Assembly (NCBI RefSeq): GCF_006345805.1
Contig: NC_043010.1
Coordinates: 28,520,001-28,584,000, forward strand
Source of the DNA: Octopus sinensis
Lineage: Eukaryota
Direction: 5' to 3'
DNA length: 64,000 bases
Shown: one piece after another, positions 23,461-36,010 of the stretch
How positions within the stretch are numbered: position 1 is the stretch's first letter
How the letters are laid out: the number at the start of each line of letters is the position of its first letter
Notes under the pieces: model-generated
Told to the model about the DNA's origin: nothing
Database searches by the model: none
Seen by the model: the letters and a program-made list of their open reading frames with translations, nothing else
Made by a program: the position numbers and the translations under genes

Positions 23461-26400
23461 TATTTCCGTCAATTTCCGGCAGTCTCCGTCAATCTCCGGC
23501 AGTCTCCGTCAATCTCCGGCAAACTCCGGCAATTTCGCCAATCTCCGGCTAACTCCACCAATCTCCACAAATCTCCGGCAAACTCCGGCAAAGTACGCAT
23601 ATCTCACTCTAGCGCCGCCTATCTCCGCCAATCTAGCTCCGCCTATCTCACTATATCTCCGCCTATATCACTCTATCTCCGCCTATCTCACACTATCTCC
23701 GCCTATCTCCACCAATCTCACTCTATCTACGCCTATCTCACTTTATCTCACTCCCAGGTGTTTTAACACCCAGCACTTTTGGGAAATCTCCCAAAATGCT
23801 ATTCCGCCTATCTCCACCAATCTCTGAAAATCTCCGACAATAACCGCCTATCTCACTCTGTCTCGCCCTATCTCACTCTATCTACCGCCTATCTCACTCT
23901 CTCTAAATATCTTAACACCCAGCATTATTGTCATATCTCCCAAAATGCTATTCCGCCTATCTCCGCCTATCTCCGCGCATCTCCGCATATCTCCGCGCAT
24001 CTCCACGTATCTCCGCCAATCTCCGCCAATCTCCGCCAATCTCACTCTTTCCCTCTCTCCCAGGTGTTTTAACACCCAGCATTATTGGGAATTCAACCCC
24101 AAATGTGATTCCGCAAATCTCCGCAATCTCCAGCAATCTCCGGTAATCTCAGTTAATTTCCAGTTATCTCCAGCAATCTCCAGCAATTTCCGGCAAACTC
24201 CGGCAATCTCCGACAAACTCCGCCCATCTCACTCTATTTCCGCCTATCTCCGCCAATCTCACTCTATCTCCACCTATCTCACTCTATCTCACACTCTGCC
24301 TGGTGTTTTAACGCCCAGCATTATTGGGAAATCTCCCAAAATGCTATTCCTACAATCTTCGGCTATCTCTGGCTATCTCCGGCTATCTCTGGCTATCACC
24401 GGCAATCTCCCGTAAACTCTGGCAATCTCCGGCAATCTCCGGCAATCTCCGGCAATCTCCAGCAATCTCCGGTAATCTCAGTTGATTTCCAGTTATCTCT
24501 GGCAATCTCTGGTAATCTCCGGCTATCTCTGGCAATCTCCCGTAAACTCCGGCAATCTTCAGCAATCTCCGGCAAAATACGGCAATCTCCGGCAAACTCC
24601 GCCTATCTCCACTAAATCTCCAGCAAACTCCACCAATCTCCGGCAAACTCCGCCACACTACACCAATCTCATTCTAGCTCCGCCTATCTCCGCCAATCTA
24701 ACTCCGTCTTTGCGACTATCTCATTCTATCTCCGCCAGTCTCACTATATCTCCGCCTATCTCACACTATCTCCGCCTATCTCACTCTCTCTCCACCTATC
24801 TACGCCTATCTCACTCTATCTCCGCCTATCTCACTCTATCTCCGCCTATCTCCGCCTATCTCACCAATCTATCTCCGCCTATCTCACTCTATCTCCGACT
24901 ATCTCCAACAATCTCCGCAATCTCCAGCAATCTCCGGTAATCTCAGTTAATCTCTGGTTATCTCCGGCAATCTCCAGCAATCTCCGGCAAACTCCTGCAA
25001 TCTCCAACAAACTCCGCCCATCTCACTCTATCTCCACCTATCCCAGGTGTTTGAACACCCAGCATTATTGGAAAATCTCCCAAAATGCTATTCCACCAAT
25101 CTCTGCCAATCTCAATCTATCTCCACCTATCTCCGGCTATCTCAGCCTATCTCACTATCTCTCTCACTCTCTCTTTCTCTCTCTCTCTCTCTCTTCCAGG
25201 TGTTTTAACACCCAGCATTGGGAAATCTCCCAAAATGCTATTCCGCCTATCTCCGTCTATATCTGGCTATCTCACTCTCTCCCAGGTGTTTTAACACCCA
25301 GCATTATTGGGAAATCACCCAAAATGCTATTCCGCCTATCTCACTCTCTCCCTCTCTCCCAGGTGTTTTTTGACACACAGCATTATTGGGTAATCTCCCA
25401 AAATGCTATTCCGCCTATTTCTGGCAGTCTCTGGCTATCTGCGGCAATCTCCGGCTATCTCCGGCTATCTCTGGCTATCTCCATCAATCTCTGGCCATTT
25501 CTGTCAATCTTGCCAATCTCACTATTTCACTCTCTCACAGATGTTTTAACACCCAGCATTATTGGGAAATAACCCAAAATGCTATTCCGCCAATCTCACT
25601 CTATCTCACTCTCTCCCAGGTGTTTTAACATGCAGCATTATTGGGAAACCGCCCAAAATGCTATTCCACTAATCTCCGCCTATCCCACTATCTCCCTCTC
25701 TCCCAGGTGTTTTAAAGCCCAGCATTACTGGGAAATCTCCCAAAATGCTATTCCGCCAATCTCTGCCTATCTCCGCCTGTCTCCACCAATCTCCACCAAT
25801 CTCCGCCTATCTCCCTATATCTCTCTCTCTCCCAGGTGTTTTAATATCCAGCATTATTGGGAAATCTCCAAAAATGCTATTCCGCCTATCTCTGCCTATC
25901 TCACTCTCTCCCTCTCTCCCAGGTGTTTTCACACCCAGCATTATTGAGAAATCTTCCATAATACTATCTCGCTTATCCCCGATAATCTCCAGCAATCTCC
26001 GGCTATCTCTGGCCATCTCCGGCAATCTCTTGCATTCGACGGTAATCTCTGGCAATCCCTGCCAATCTCACTCTATCTTACTCTCTACCAGGTGTATTAA
26101 CACCCAGCATTATTGGGAAATCTCCCAAAATGCTATTAAGCCAATCTCCGCCAATCTCACTCTATCTCCGCCTATCTCACTCTCTCCCAGGTGTTTTAAC
26201 ACCCAGCATTATTGGGAAATATCCCCAAATTCTATTCCACCCATCTCCGCCTATCTCACTCTCTCCAAGGTGTTTTAATACCCAGCATTATTGGGAAATC
26301 ACCCAAAATGCTATTCCGCCAATCTCACTCTATCTCTACCTATTGCACTCTATCTCACTCTCTCCCAGGTGTTTTAACACACAGCATTTTTGGGAAATCT

Positions 26401-28326
26401 CCCAAAATGCTATTCCGCCAATCTCCACCAATCTCCGCCTATTTCTGTCAATCTCCGCCATTCTCCGCCTATCTCACTATCTCCCTCTCTCCCAGATGTT
26501 TTAAAACCCAGCTTTATTGGAAAATCTCCCAAAATTCTTTTCCGCCTATCTCCGGCAATCTCTACCTATCTCACTCTATCTCCGTCTATCTCCGCGTAGC
26601 TCCGTCTTTCTCACTCTCTCCCAGGTGTTTTAATACCCAGCATTATTAGGAAATCTCCCAAAATGCTATTCCACCTATCTCTGCCTATCTCACTCTCTCC
26701 CTCTCTCCCAGCTGTTTTAACACCCAGCAATATTGGGAAATCTCCCAAAATGCTCTCCGTCTATCTCCCAGGTGTTTTAACACCTAGCATTATTGGGAAA
26801 TCTCCCAAAATGCTATTTCGCCTTTCTCCGCCTATCTCCCAGGTGTTTTCACACGCAGCATTATTGGGAAATCTCCCAAAATGCTATTCCACTTATCTCT
26901 GGCAATCTCTGGCTATCTCCTTCTATCTGCAGCAATCTCTGGTCATCTCCCGCTATCTCCAGCAGTCTCCAGCAATCTACGGTAATCTCCGGCAATCTCT
27001 GGCAATCTCCAGCTATCTCCGGCAATCTCTGCCAATCTCACTGTCTCCCAGGTGTTTTAACACCCAGCATTATCGGGAAATCTCTCAAAATGATATTACG
27101 CCAATCTCATTCTATCTCCGCCTGTCTCACTCTATCTCACTCTCTCCCAGGTGTTTTAACACCAAGCATTATTGGGAAATCTCCCCAAATTCTATTCTGC
27201 CCATCTCCTCCTATCTCCACCTATCTCTACCTATCTCCGGCTATCTCCGCCTATCTCACTCTCTCTCTCTCTCTCCCAGGTGTTTTTATACCCAGCATTA
27301 TTGGGAAATCTCCCAAAATGCTATTCCACCTATCTCACTCTCTCCCTCTCTCCCAGGTGTTTTGACACCCAGCATTATTGGGAAATCTCCCAAAATCTAT
27401 TCCACCTATCTCCGCGCATCTCCCAGGTGTTTTAACACCCAGCAATTTTGGGAAATCTCACAAAATGATATTCCGCCTATCTCCGGCAATCGCCAGCTAT
27501 CTCCAGCAATCTCCGGCAATCTCCGGCTATCTCAGGCTATCTCCGCCTATCTCCAACTATCTCCGGCAATCTCACTCTATCTCACTCTCTCCCAGGTGTT
27601 TTAACACCCAGCCTTATTGGGAAATCTCCCAAAATGCTATTCCGCCTATCTCCCAGGTGTTTTAATACCCAGCAGTATTGGGAAATCTCCCAAAATGCTA
27701 TTCTGCCAATCTCTGCCTATCACCACCTATCTTCGACAATCTCTGCCTTTCTCACTCTCTCCCTCTCTTCCAGGTGTTTTAACACCCAGCATTATTGGTA
27801 AATCTCCCAAAATGCTATTCCGCCTATCTCCGCCAATCTCCACCTATCTCCGCCAATCTCTACCTATCTTACTCCATCTCACTCTCTCCCTCTCTCCCAG
27901 CATTTTTGGGAAATCTCCCAAAATGCTATTCCGCCTATCTCATCCAATCTCTGCCAAATTCTCGCCAATCTCCGCCTATCTCACTCTATGTCCGCCTATC
28001 TGCATCTATCTCACCCTCTCCCAGGTGTTTTAATATCCAGCATTATTGGGAAATCACCTAAAATGCTATTCCTCCTATCTCCGCCTATCTCACTCTCTCC
28101 CAGGTGTTTTAACATCCAGCATTATTGGGAAATCTCCTAAAGTGCTATTCCTCCTATCTCCGCCTGTCTCATCCAATCTCTTCCAATCTCTGCCAATCTC
28201 CGCTAATCTCCACCTATCGCTGCCTATCTCACTCTCTCTCCGCCTATCTCCACCTATCTCTGCCTATCTCCATCTATCCTACTCTCTCCCAGGTGTTTTA
28301 ATACCCAGCATTATTGGGAAATCTCC
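23461..28326 (+). repeat. Telomere-adjacent satellite: ~34 double-hairpin cores separated by decamer-built spacers
   Basis: Core ccaggtgttttaacacccagcattattgggaaatctcccaaaatgctattcc; spacers made of ATCTCCGGCA, ATCTCCGCCT, ATCTCACTCT and similar words. Confidence 0.95.
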
Positions 28327-28510
28327 TGTCATCGTTGTCGTCGGAAAAATATATTAGGAATAAGAACCCAGGTTCGAAATTTCCCCAAGACACCTGATGA
28401 AGTCTGCAGGGTATATCAACTGAAACGTTGTGTTAACAACAAACAAGATGAGAACAAATATCCGTCAAATGTAAATGATGTAAATAATGTACATAATTCT
28501 TCATCTTTTA
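28327..28510 (+). mobile_element. Penelope-like element terminal (pLTR) fragment carrying a hammerhead motif
   Basis: Contains gacacCTGATGAagtctg...caactGAAACgttgtgtt. The Penelope assignment rests on the known association of minimal hammerheads with PLE termini. Confidence 0.55.
28389..28434 (+). ncRNA. Minimal type I hammerhead ribozyme motif
   Basis: Stem I GACAC/GTGTT; CTGATGA at 28394-28400; stem II AGT(c)TG/CAACT; GAAA at 28422-28425; palindromic AACGTT stem III; predicted cut after 28429. Confidence 0.6.
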
Positions 28511-29379
28511 GATACAAGTTCTTTTTTTTTTGAAAGTTACAGAAAATTTATTTGTTCATTTTGCCCAAAACTTTGTAGCTCTGGGTTTATTTGGTTATTT
28601 TTAAAAACTGTTCCCACAGAAGTTATACTGAATAATCTAGCTCTAGTTTCTTTGTTTAATATTTTAAATTAATATATTTCAGTTTTAAATGAGGATCATT
28701 ATATTAATTTCTTATGCTATTTCAAATACTTAGGGCAATCTTGTCTCTTTGATTGCCAAACTAAGATAACAAGTGACTTTGATAACTGACTGAAAATGGA
28801 AGTTAGTCTACATTAAATCTGTTGGCATATTATAGTGGTCGATTTTTTTTTTTTTTTTTTAGTAAGCTCATCCTGCTGGTTAATGGCATTACAATTTCGA
28901 ATGCTATAAACTTTTATGTAACTCTTTGAAAAGTTATGTCTGAAATTCCATAACTTCAAATCTTGCAGTGACAGTGCTTCCTGCTGTAGTCAAAATATCC
29001 AGTCATTGTTCCAGCTAGTTAAGGTCCTCAAAGCATCCTGGCTAGCACTATACCTCACCAGTGGTACTAATGTTCCTTGTCAGTTATTAACTGTGTACAT
29101 CTCACACAAAGAATATATCCTTTAGATTTCCATTTAGAAGTCAAATCCAGTATTTCATGCTGCCTCCACAAATCACCTCACTAGATGAGTTGTTATATAT
29201 CCATGCAAATATGTTGCACTGGATTTCTAAAGCAAAAAATTTGCACAAATACTGTTATGTATTATGTAAATATGAATACTAAATGATATAGCACTTTCTA
29301 TTTTGTAACCTACTATATACATTTATTAAAAAAGTTATAGCCAAAATAACATTTAAATGAAAAAGTAGATGCCTCTTAT

Positions 29380-29580
29380 ATCCTTTCTACTATAGGCACA
29401 AAGCCTGAAATTTTGTGGGAGGGCATAAATTGATTACATCAACCCTAGTACTCAACTGGTACTTATTTTATCAACCCTGAAAGGATGATAGGCAAAGTTG
29501 GCCCAAGCAGCATTCGAACTCAGAATGTGAAGACATGAAATGCATTTCACCCAACGTGCTAATGATTCTGCCAACTCAAC
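29380..29580 (-). mobile_element. SINE family B (tRNA-like head plus conserved central domain)
   Basis: tcctttctactataggcacaaagcctgaaa...ggtacttattttatcaaccctgaaaggatgataggc; homologous to 40941-41372. Confidence 0.8.
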
Positions 29581-29947
29581 TAATAATAGAAGCAGAATTA
29601 TTAAAAATTAGAAATTAAATATCCCGAAGTTTTTATATTCACAAATTACTGTAATTGAGAAAGGGTGAATAAATTAATGTTATGTGCACAACATTATTTT
29701 AGGAAAGTGGTGTATCATTACAATAGCTACATACATACCTGTAGACTTTTACTTTGCTTTCTCCTTTGTTATGCTTTTGTTTTCCTCACATTAAACATCA
29801 ATTAGGTGTCTAGTGTCTTAGGAAATCTGAAGAATATTTAGTCATCCATCATAGAACAGAATGAGGGACAGAATTATTTCCCTTCCTTAATTCTAACTAT
29901 ACCTGTTCTATGCTTCTACTGTCGAGAGATTAGAATAGACTCTATTC

Positions 29948-31060
29948 CAGTGTTTCCCAAAAATGGGACTGTGGCAAAATGCTGTGGGACCAGAGGGAAA
30001 TTTTGGAATAGAGTGAAAATTACATCAATTTCTTCCTAAAATTTTCTATTACTGTCTGCAACTCTTTAAAATTTACACACCCTGCATATTACATATCTTA
30101 ATTTGCCATATCAATCATTTGATTGTTCAATAATAATTCATTAATGATTTATAAAGGATTGAGTTGGCAGTGGTAAGTCTGGTATGACAGTCTTATCGCT
30201 CATGTCACTTCATTGAACTTTTGAAGTGTTGTAATGTTTCTGAGAAGTAGCTTTGAAAGTGAGGGCGCGTGGCTTAGTGGTTAGGGCATTCGGCTCACAA
30301 TCGTAAGGTTGTGAGTTCGATTCCCGGCGACGCGTTGTGTCCCTGAGCAAGACACTTTATTTCACGTTGCTCCAGTCCACTCAGCTGGCAAAAATGAGTT
30401 GTACTTGTATTTTCAAAGGGTCAGCCTTGTCACTCTCTGTGTCACGCTGATTTTCCCCGAGAACTACGTTAAGGGTACACGTGTCTGTGGAATGCTCAGC
30501 CATTTGCACGTTAATTTCACGAGCAAGCTGTTCCGTTGATCGTATCAGCTGGGACCCTCGTCGTCGTAACCGGCGGAGTCTTTAAAGCTTTGAAAGCAAT
30601 CCTAGCTATTGAATGTGACAATCTGCCTTTCAGGTATATTTGAGATTTGCTGAACTAACAGCTTCAAGGTAAAAATGCAGATATTTTAAACTGTAAAGCG
30701 GCTACTAGTGCTTTCCTTGAAAAACATAATCTATTTAGGATGAATATTAGGTGTAAGGAGTCTACTTGTTTTCAATCTTGCCACTACCGAGGGGAGGCTG
30801 CAAGATGATATTTTAGTATACATTGAACACTTAAAGAAATTACACAACGATATGGAAATTAGGCTTAAAGATTTCCTGGAAAGGAACATTCCAAGTTGAT
30901 TGATGTTGATATTACATTGCAGTGTAATCAAAGTGTTCAACCTGAACTTAATTATCATAGGCAATTAGTGAAATTGCTATGAAATTCCCATTACTTTAGC
31001 AGGCAGTAAAATTATATTCCATTGCTTTTCCGACATCATACCTAGTTGAGTCAGATTTTA
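29948..31060 (+). mobile_element. hAT (Charlie/Buster-type) DNA transposon fossil
   Basis: TIR-like CAGTGTTTCCCAAA at 29948; transposase remnants QLQGKNADILNCKAATSAFL and DDILVYIEHLKKLHNDMEIRLKDFL...IPS (~30660-30900). Interrupted by a SINE. Confidence 0.6.
30261..30585 (+). mobile_element. SINE family C, full length, with 11-bp target-site duplication
   Basis: A box TGGCTTAGTGG, B box GTTCGATTCC; TSD agctttgaaag at 30249-30259 and 30586-30596. Confidence 0.88.
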
Positions 31061-31599
31061 ACCATTTAAAAACTTTATTTTATAGACCTACAGTATTTAT
31101 AACATTTATATTTTATATTTCCAGTCTTAAAGAGATTTACTTTTTATATATGTTTTTGACTGCCTTGCTTGCATGCAAAGGATGTTTCTTTTTTTCTTTT
31201 TTTTTATAATTATTGACTTATTTATTTTTTTATTTTTTGACCTCCTACCAACTTGCCCAAATCAGCCAGGCTGCCAAAGGGCTTAATCCGATTTTTTATG
31301 CAATTTAAAAAAAAATTTTTTGTAATCTTTATTATTATAAATATAAAAATATTCGATGTAAATTAGATTAATAAATACATTTATTATTTACTTCCCTCAA
31401 AAATTTACAATCACTTAGGTGTAAAATTATATTCCAGGTGATCCTCATTTTGTCCAATATTGAAAAATGTGCAAAACTGCATCAACTGCAAGGACCTCAG
31501 CAAATACAAAGGATTTTATATTCAACAAGTAATTATATTTTTTACTCACTTAAGCCCTTCATTCCTGTGGAGCATGGGCCATAACATAGAATTTTCTCA

Positions 31600-31714
31600 A
31601 TAAAACCAAGAGAAAATGATGTTTTATAAACACATTCTACCAGTATACGAAGTTTAAAACTTTTTAGTTACCTAGAAATTATATTACAAAGTGCCGTTCA
31701 AAAGGAAAAGATCC
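31600..31714 (+). mobile_element. Solo right end of the GGATC-type MITE family
   Basis: accagtatacgaagttt...gtgccgttcaaaaggaaaagatcc matches the TIR region of 31904-32752 and 39110-39526. Confidence 0.65.
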
Positions 31715-31903
31715 CTAACACAACCACCAGCTAAACACTATTAATTTAATAACTCTGCTACTATGATTAATATAATACTATATTATACCAATACTCGATC
31801 TAATGCAACTACCATTAAAAACTACCTCCTCCCATCACTACTAGCAAGTTATACTTCGCTCGCTTTACCTCTGGCTTCATCTGCTAGAAATAGTAGCTAA
31901 ATA

Positions 31904-32752
31904 GGATCTTTTCCTTTTGATGGACGGAATTTTCTAGTTAACTAAACAATTTGAAACTTCGTATACTCAAATCATTTGCTGCGTCTAAAAACGTAAACAG
32001 CACACACACACACGTGTTATTCATCCTTCTCTCTGTCTTCTGCATGTGCTAGAAATAACAGCTATATCTCTTAAATCGATGAATTTCGTCGCCCAACAAA
32101 AATATTAACGATATTTTTTGAATATTTTCTTTATTTTTTTTTACCGAAAAGGCTTCTCCCATGGTTTTGAAGGGCCAGAAACAACAAAAACAAAACAATA
32201 ATATGCCTAAATCGGTCTAGAGGGTGCGCGTCGTATTGTAAAACTTTGCGAAATATTTTTTCATAAAAGGATGCCCCAGCTTGTCGGAGGCTGTGATATA
32301 AATTGGGGAAAAAATCCTCGACACCAGTGTGTAATTGGTACTTAATTTATCGACCCTGAAATGATGAAACATTGCCACGCTTATATATTAATTACTATGT
32401 GCTTGTGCAAATGTATATGCATGTGTTTGAGAGAGAGAGAGAGAGAGAGTGTGTGTGCAAGTGTACGTGTGTGTGTGTGTGTGCAAGTGTACGTGTGTAT
32501 GTATCTGAATATATGTGTGTGTATGCGACGTGCGTCTGCTATGTTTCTTTATCAATATCGATAACGCAGCAAATGATTTGAGCTGAAATGCTGGCATTTC
32601 ATTGGTTAAAATTCGAAGAATTAAACTACGTTAAACTTACAAGGTACAATTTTGTTTACAATAATGTTTTCTTTTGACACATTCTACCAGTATACGAAGT
32701 TTCAAATTGTTTAGTTAACTAGAAAATTCCGTCCATCAAAAGGAAAAGATCC
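31904..32752. mobile_element. Non-autonomous DNA transposon (MITE), 64-bp perfect TIRs, 8-bp TSD
   Basis: TIRs 31904-31967 and 32689-32752 (GGATCTTTTCC...); TSD gctaaata at 31896-31903 and 32753-32760. Confidence 0.9.
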
Positions 32753-33695
32753 GCTAAATATTTAAAAATTATTATTTGCCGCCTTCTAAATAAAAGGCGA
32801 AATGGTCATTGTTAGACTGCTATTTGATCATCAATATGCTCAGTCAGGACCGACCTGGCGCTAAGCAATAACAAAAAGGAGCCTCTAAATGATCGCTTGA
32901 CCTGCTAAAATAGCAAATAAATCTCAGCTCACGCCGGTACAAGTTTAAAAAATTGGTAGGACACAATACAGTGATAAATATGCAAAAACGTCAAGGCTTG
33001 CACAAGTACAACTGCTCCCACCTCCAATCCATTTTCATTACTGTATTATACCCCCACCACCACCACTCTACTTCTCCGTCCCCCATCATCAGCATCATCT
33101 CTTTGCAAATATAATCCTCCTACTTCCTCAACTAAAACTACTAATACCACCACCAACACTCTGACTACACCGGCGCCACCAGTTTCGAGACACCTCTTAT
33201 TACATCAAATAGAGCAACTGCAGCCTTAGTCCTGCTACTATCACTACTACAATAGTGACTACACCTCATACTCTTCCTCACCCGGGACATTGCTTACACT
33301 GCTCCTACCAGTAAACCACTCTCTCTTTTTCTCTTACTCTTTCTCTCTCCAGCTACAAATCTTCTCTATTACTTTGCTAAAACTGCCATCACCAATCATT
33401 ACGATTGCCATTGCTGTATCCCCTACCGGCTATAGCAATGGTACTACTTTTCCCTAATCTTTTCTTTCACCCGCACCTCTCTTTTACAGATACTTGCTTC
33501 CCTCACTTTTTCTGTTGCTACTCTTTCGAGTTTTATACCATCCGTCACTATATTCTTCTATCATCTCTTATCTCTCTTCCCCTCTCTCTAGCAAGCATTA
33601 CGCTTCTATAATCAACACTAATATGTAGTAAGAGAGTGATGGCAGAAAGGGAGGAAGAGGGAGAGGAAAGGTTTATGTGTGCGTGTCAGAGTATG

Positions 33696-33737
<42 letters not shown>

Positions 33738-35049
33738 CATGCGCGTATGTGTATATTTGCATATATAATCCTTGTTTGCATGTGTTTATGTAGTACAACT
33801 ATCAGCTAGTCTGTCAAATGTGCTTGTACGAAGTGTGCATGTATATAAGAATGTAACTGTTCCTGTATATGTCGCGTTTTATTTGTGTGTGTCTGTGTGA
33901 GTATACATATATGTAAAGAATAATCAATGGGTCTATTTTTTGAAGGTAATTAATTATGGGGGACATTTGTTCATGAATGTGTTTATACCTTTCACTGTAT
34001 GTATGTGTTTGTATATATGGATGTTTTATTCATTAACTTAAAGAGTACTGCTAACTATGATAAAAAGGGATATAATTGTTGAATAGATAGGTGACAATGT
34101 AATGAGATGGCTAGGAAGTAAACGATTGAAACATGCAGTAATACAGTATAGGGTACCATAAGTAAAATTTACTGCATTTTTGACATTGAAAAAAAAACTT
34201 TACAAATATTCACTACTTTACAAAAACTATAACAGCTAAGCAAATGACCTTCTCTTAACGCATTAAGAACACTATAACATATTCTGAAATACTACTTCAG
34301 AAAATTATCACCGTTCTCTTTAAACATCTAAGGGACAAATTTAGCTGGAGCAATATAAGATAAAGATAGTTAAATTTGCCTCTTCAATTCTCCAGTATTA
34401 CATTTGAGAAAAGACTCATACACATCAATATTCATCCTTTGACATCAGAAACTCAGTTTTAAATTATCTAGGTCAAATGAAAGAAGATCATGGAAAAATG
34501 GCACATGATATTAAATCAACGAAACTCGACTAAATCTAAAAACTCGACATAAAATATTCTTTATAGCTTCTTCACGATCTGTCCGAGTGTCTTTCTTCCT
34601 CATATATTTGTGCACCATAGAGTTAAAGAGAAGAAATTATTAAAATTAGTCATTACTCATTCTGCTCCATTTTAGACATCATTTTTTGAAAATTGAAGAT
34701 TATTAAATTAGATATTAGCATGGGGAAAATGACTTGGGTTCCAACAGAGAAAAGAATATTGATTGTTAAATACTAAAAATTATCCAGAAATTTTAATTGC
34801 AACTTCAATTACAATCGGGTCAAACAAAATTCTTTTAAAAAATGTACCTGTGAGCTGGTTATGTTTCATACTCTCTCAACTTCAGTAACAATTATGCTGG
34901 CCAATTTTACTCCCAAAGATGATGCAACAGTATAAAATGATGCAATACTTACAATATAATGGTGTGAAACAGGTCGGGAGAAAATAACGAGAAATTACTC
35001 ATTTTCCAAGGAGACTCGTAATCCCCTTTAGTATTTGTCTTATGTTTAG

Positions 35050-36010
35050 TATTCAGTTTAGTATTAAGGAAGGCAAAGGCAGGGTATCAGTTCAGAAATA
35101 GTAAAAGAAAACTTAACCATTTGCTCTACATAGATGATTTGAAACTTTTACAGACTGTAAGACTCTTCAGCAAAAATTGAGAAAGGGTACATCAGAAGGA
35201 AGCTAATGAAGCCAAAGCTAAATGTTTCGAATCTAGTGAAGGTTGTAAATACTTGGGCAGTATCGTTACTTAGATACTCAGCAGCTTTTGTAGATTGGAC
35301 AAAAACTGAATTGGCAAAACTGGACAGAAGAACTAGAAATGAATTCAATATGAGTGGAGGACTCTACCCAAGAGCAGGAGTAGCAAAATTCACTTACCTA
35401 GAAAAGAAGTTGGAAGAGGGTTAATGTCAGTAGAAAACTGCGTGGAGTTAGCGAGAGTAGATATAGACTGCTATGTAGGTAATAGTGAAGAAAGCTTATT
35501 AAGAGCTGCTAGAGTTACAACAAAACACAGGGAGACCAAACATAGGGAAACCAAAAAGTCAAATGAAGTTAAAAACCAGAAAAATGAAGTTAAAACCAGA
35601 AAATTACAAATTGCATCAAATACAGAATAGACAACACATCGAAAAGTGATAAATGCAGAATTTGTGGACAAAATGGTGAAATCGTATGGCATATAACCAG
35701 CCAATGTACGCCGCTAGTCCAGAAAGAATATAAGAGATCTCATGACAATATAGCAAGGATTGTCCACTGAAACAAGTATGGATTTGACAGAACAAAAAAA
35801 GTGGTACAAACATAAATCCGAAGGCAGCATCGAAAATGATAGTGCAAAGATCCTATGGGATTTTATGATTCAGTGCGACCATGAGATAGAGAATAGGAAG
35901 CCAGACATAGTGTTAATTGAGAAAGAAAATAAACTATGCTGGATCATAGATAGCTGACAACAAGGTATGCGATAAGGAAGAAAGAAAAGTTGATAGATAT
36001 GACAGCTCAT
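35050..36010 (+). mobile_element. Dong/R4-type (restriction-like endonuclease) LINE fragment
   Basis: NTWAVSLLRYSAAFVDW, LDRRTR, KILWDFMIQCDHEIENRKPDIVLIEK. Confidence 0.8.

Noticed and set aside
23461-28326. CRISPR array
   Set aside because: The spacers are built from recurring decamers rather than unique sequence, vary widely in length, and there are no cas genes; the context is eukaryotic.
25051-28357. Protein-coding ORFs in the satellite (e.g. 26663..27604, 313 aa)
   Set aside because: They occur in several overlapping frames because the C-rich strand lacks stops, and the units do not keep one frame.
30261-30335. tRNA gene (also the heads at 7000-7072, 37782-37860 and 61960-62030)
   Set aside because: A and B boxes are present, but there is no complete cloverleaf and each continues into a SINE body.
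34700-34900. Tc1/mariner N-terminal fragment (MGKMTWVPTEKRILIVKY)
   Set aside because: Too short and degraded; no TIR or catalytic motifs found.
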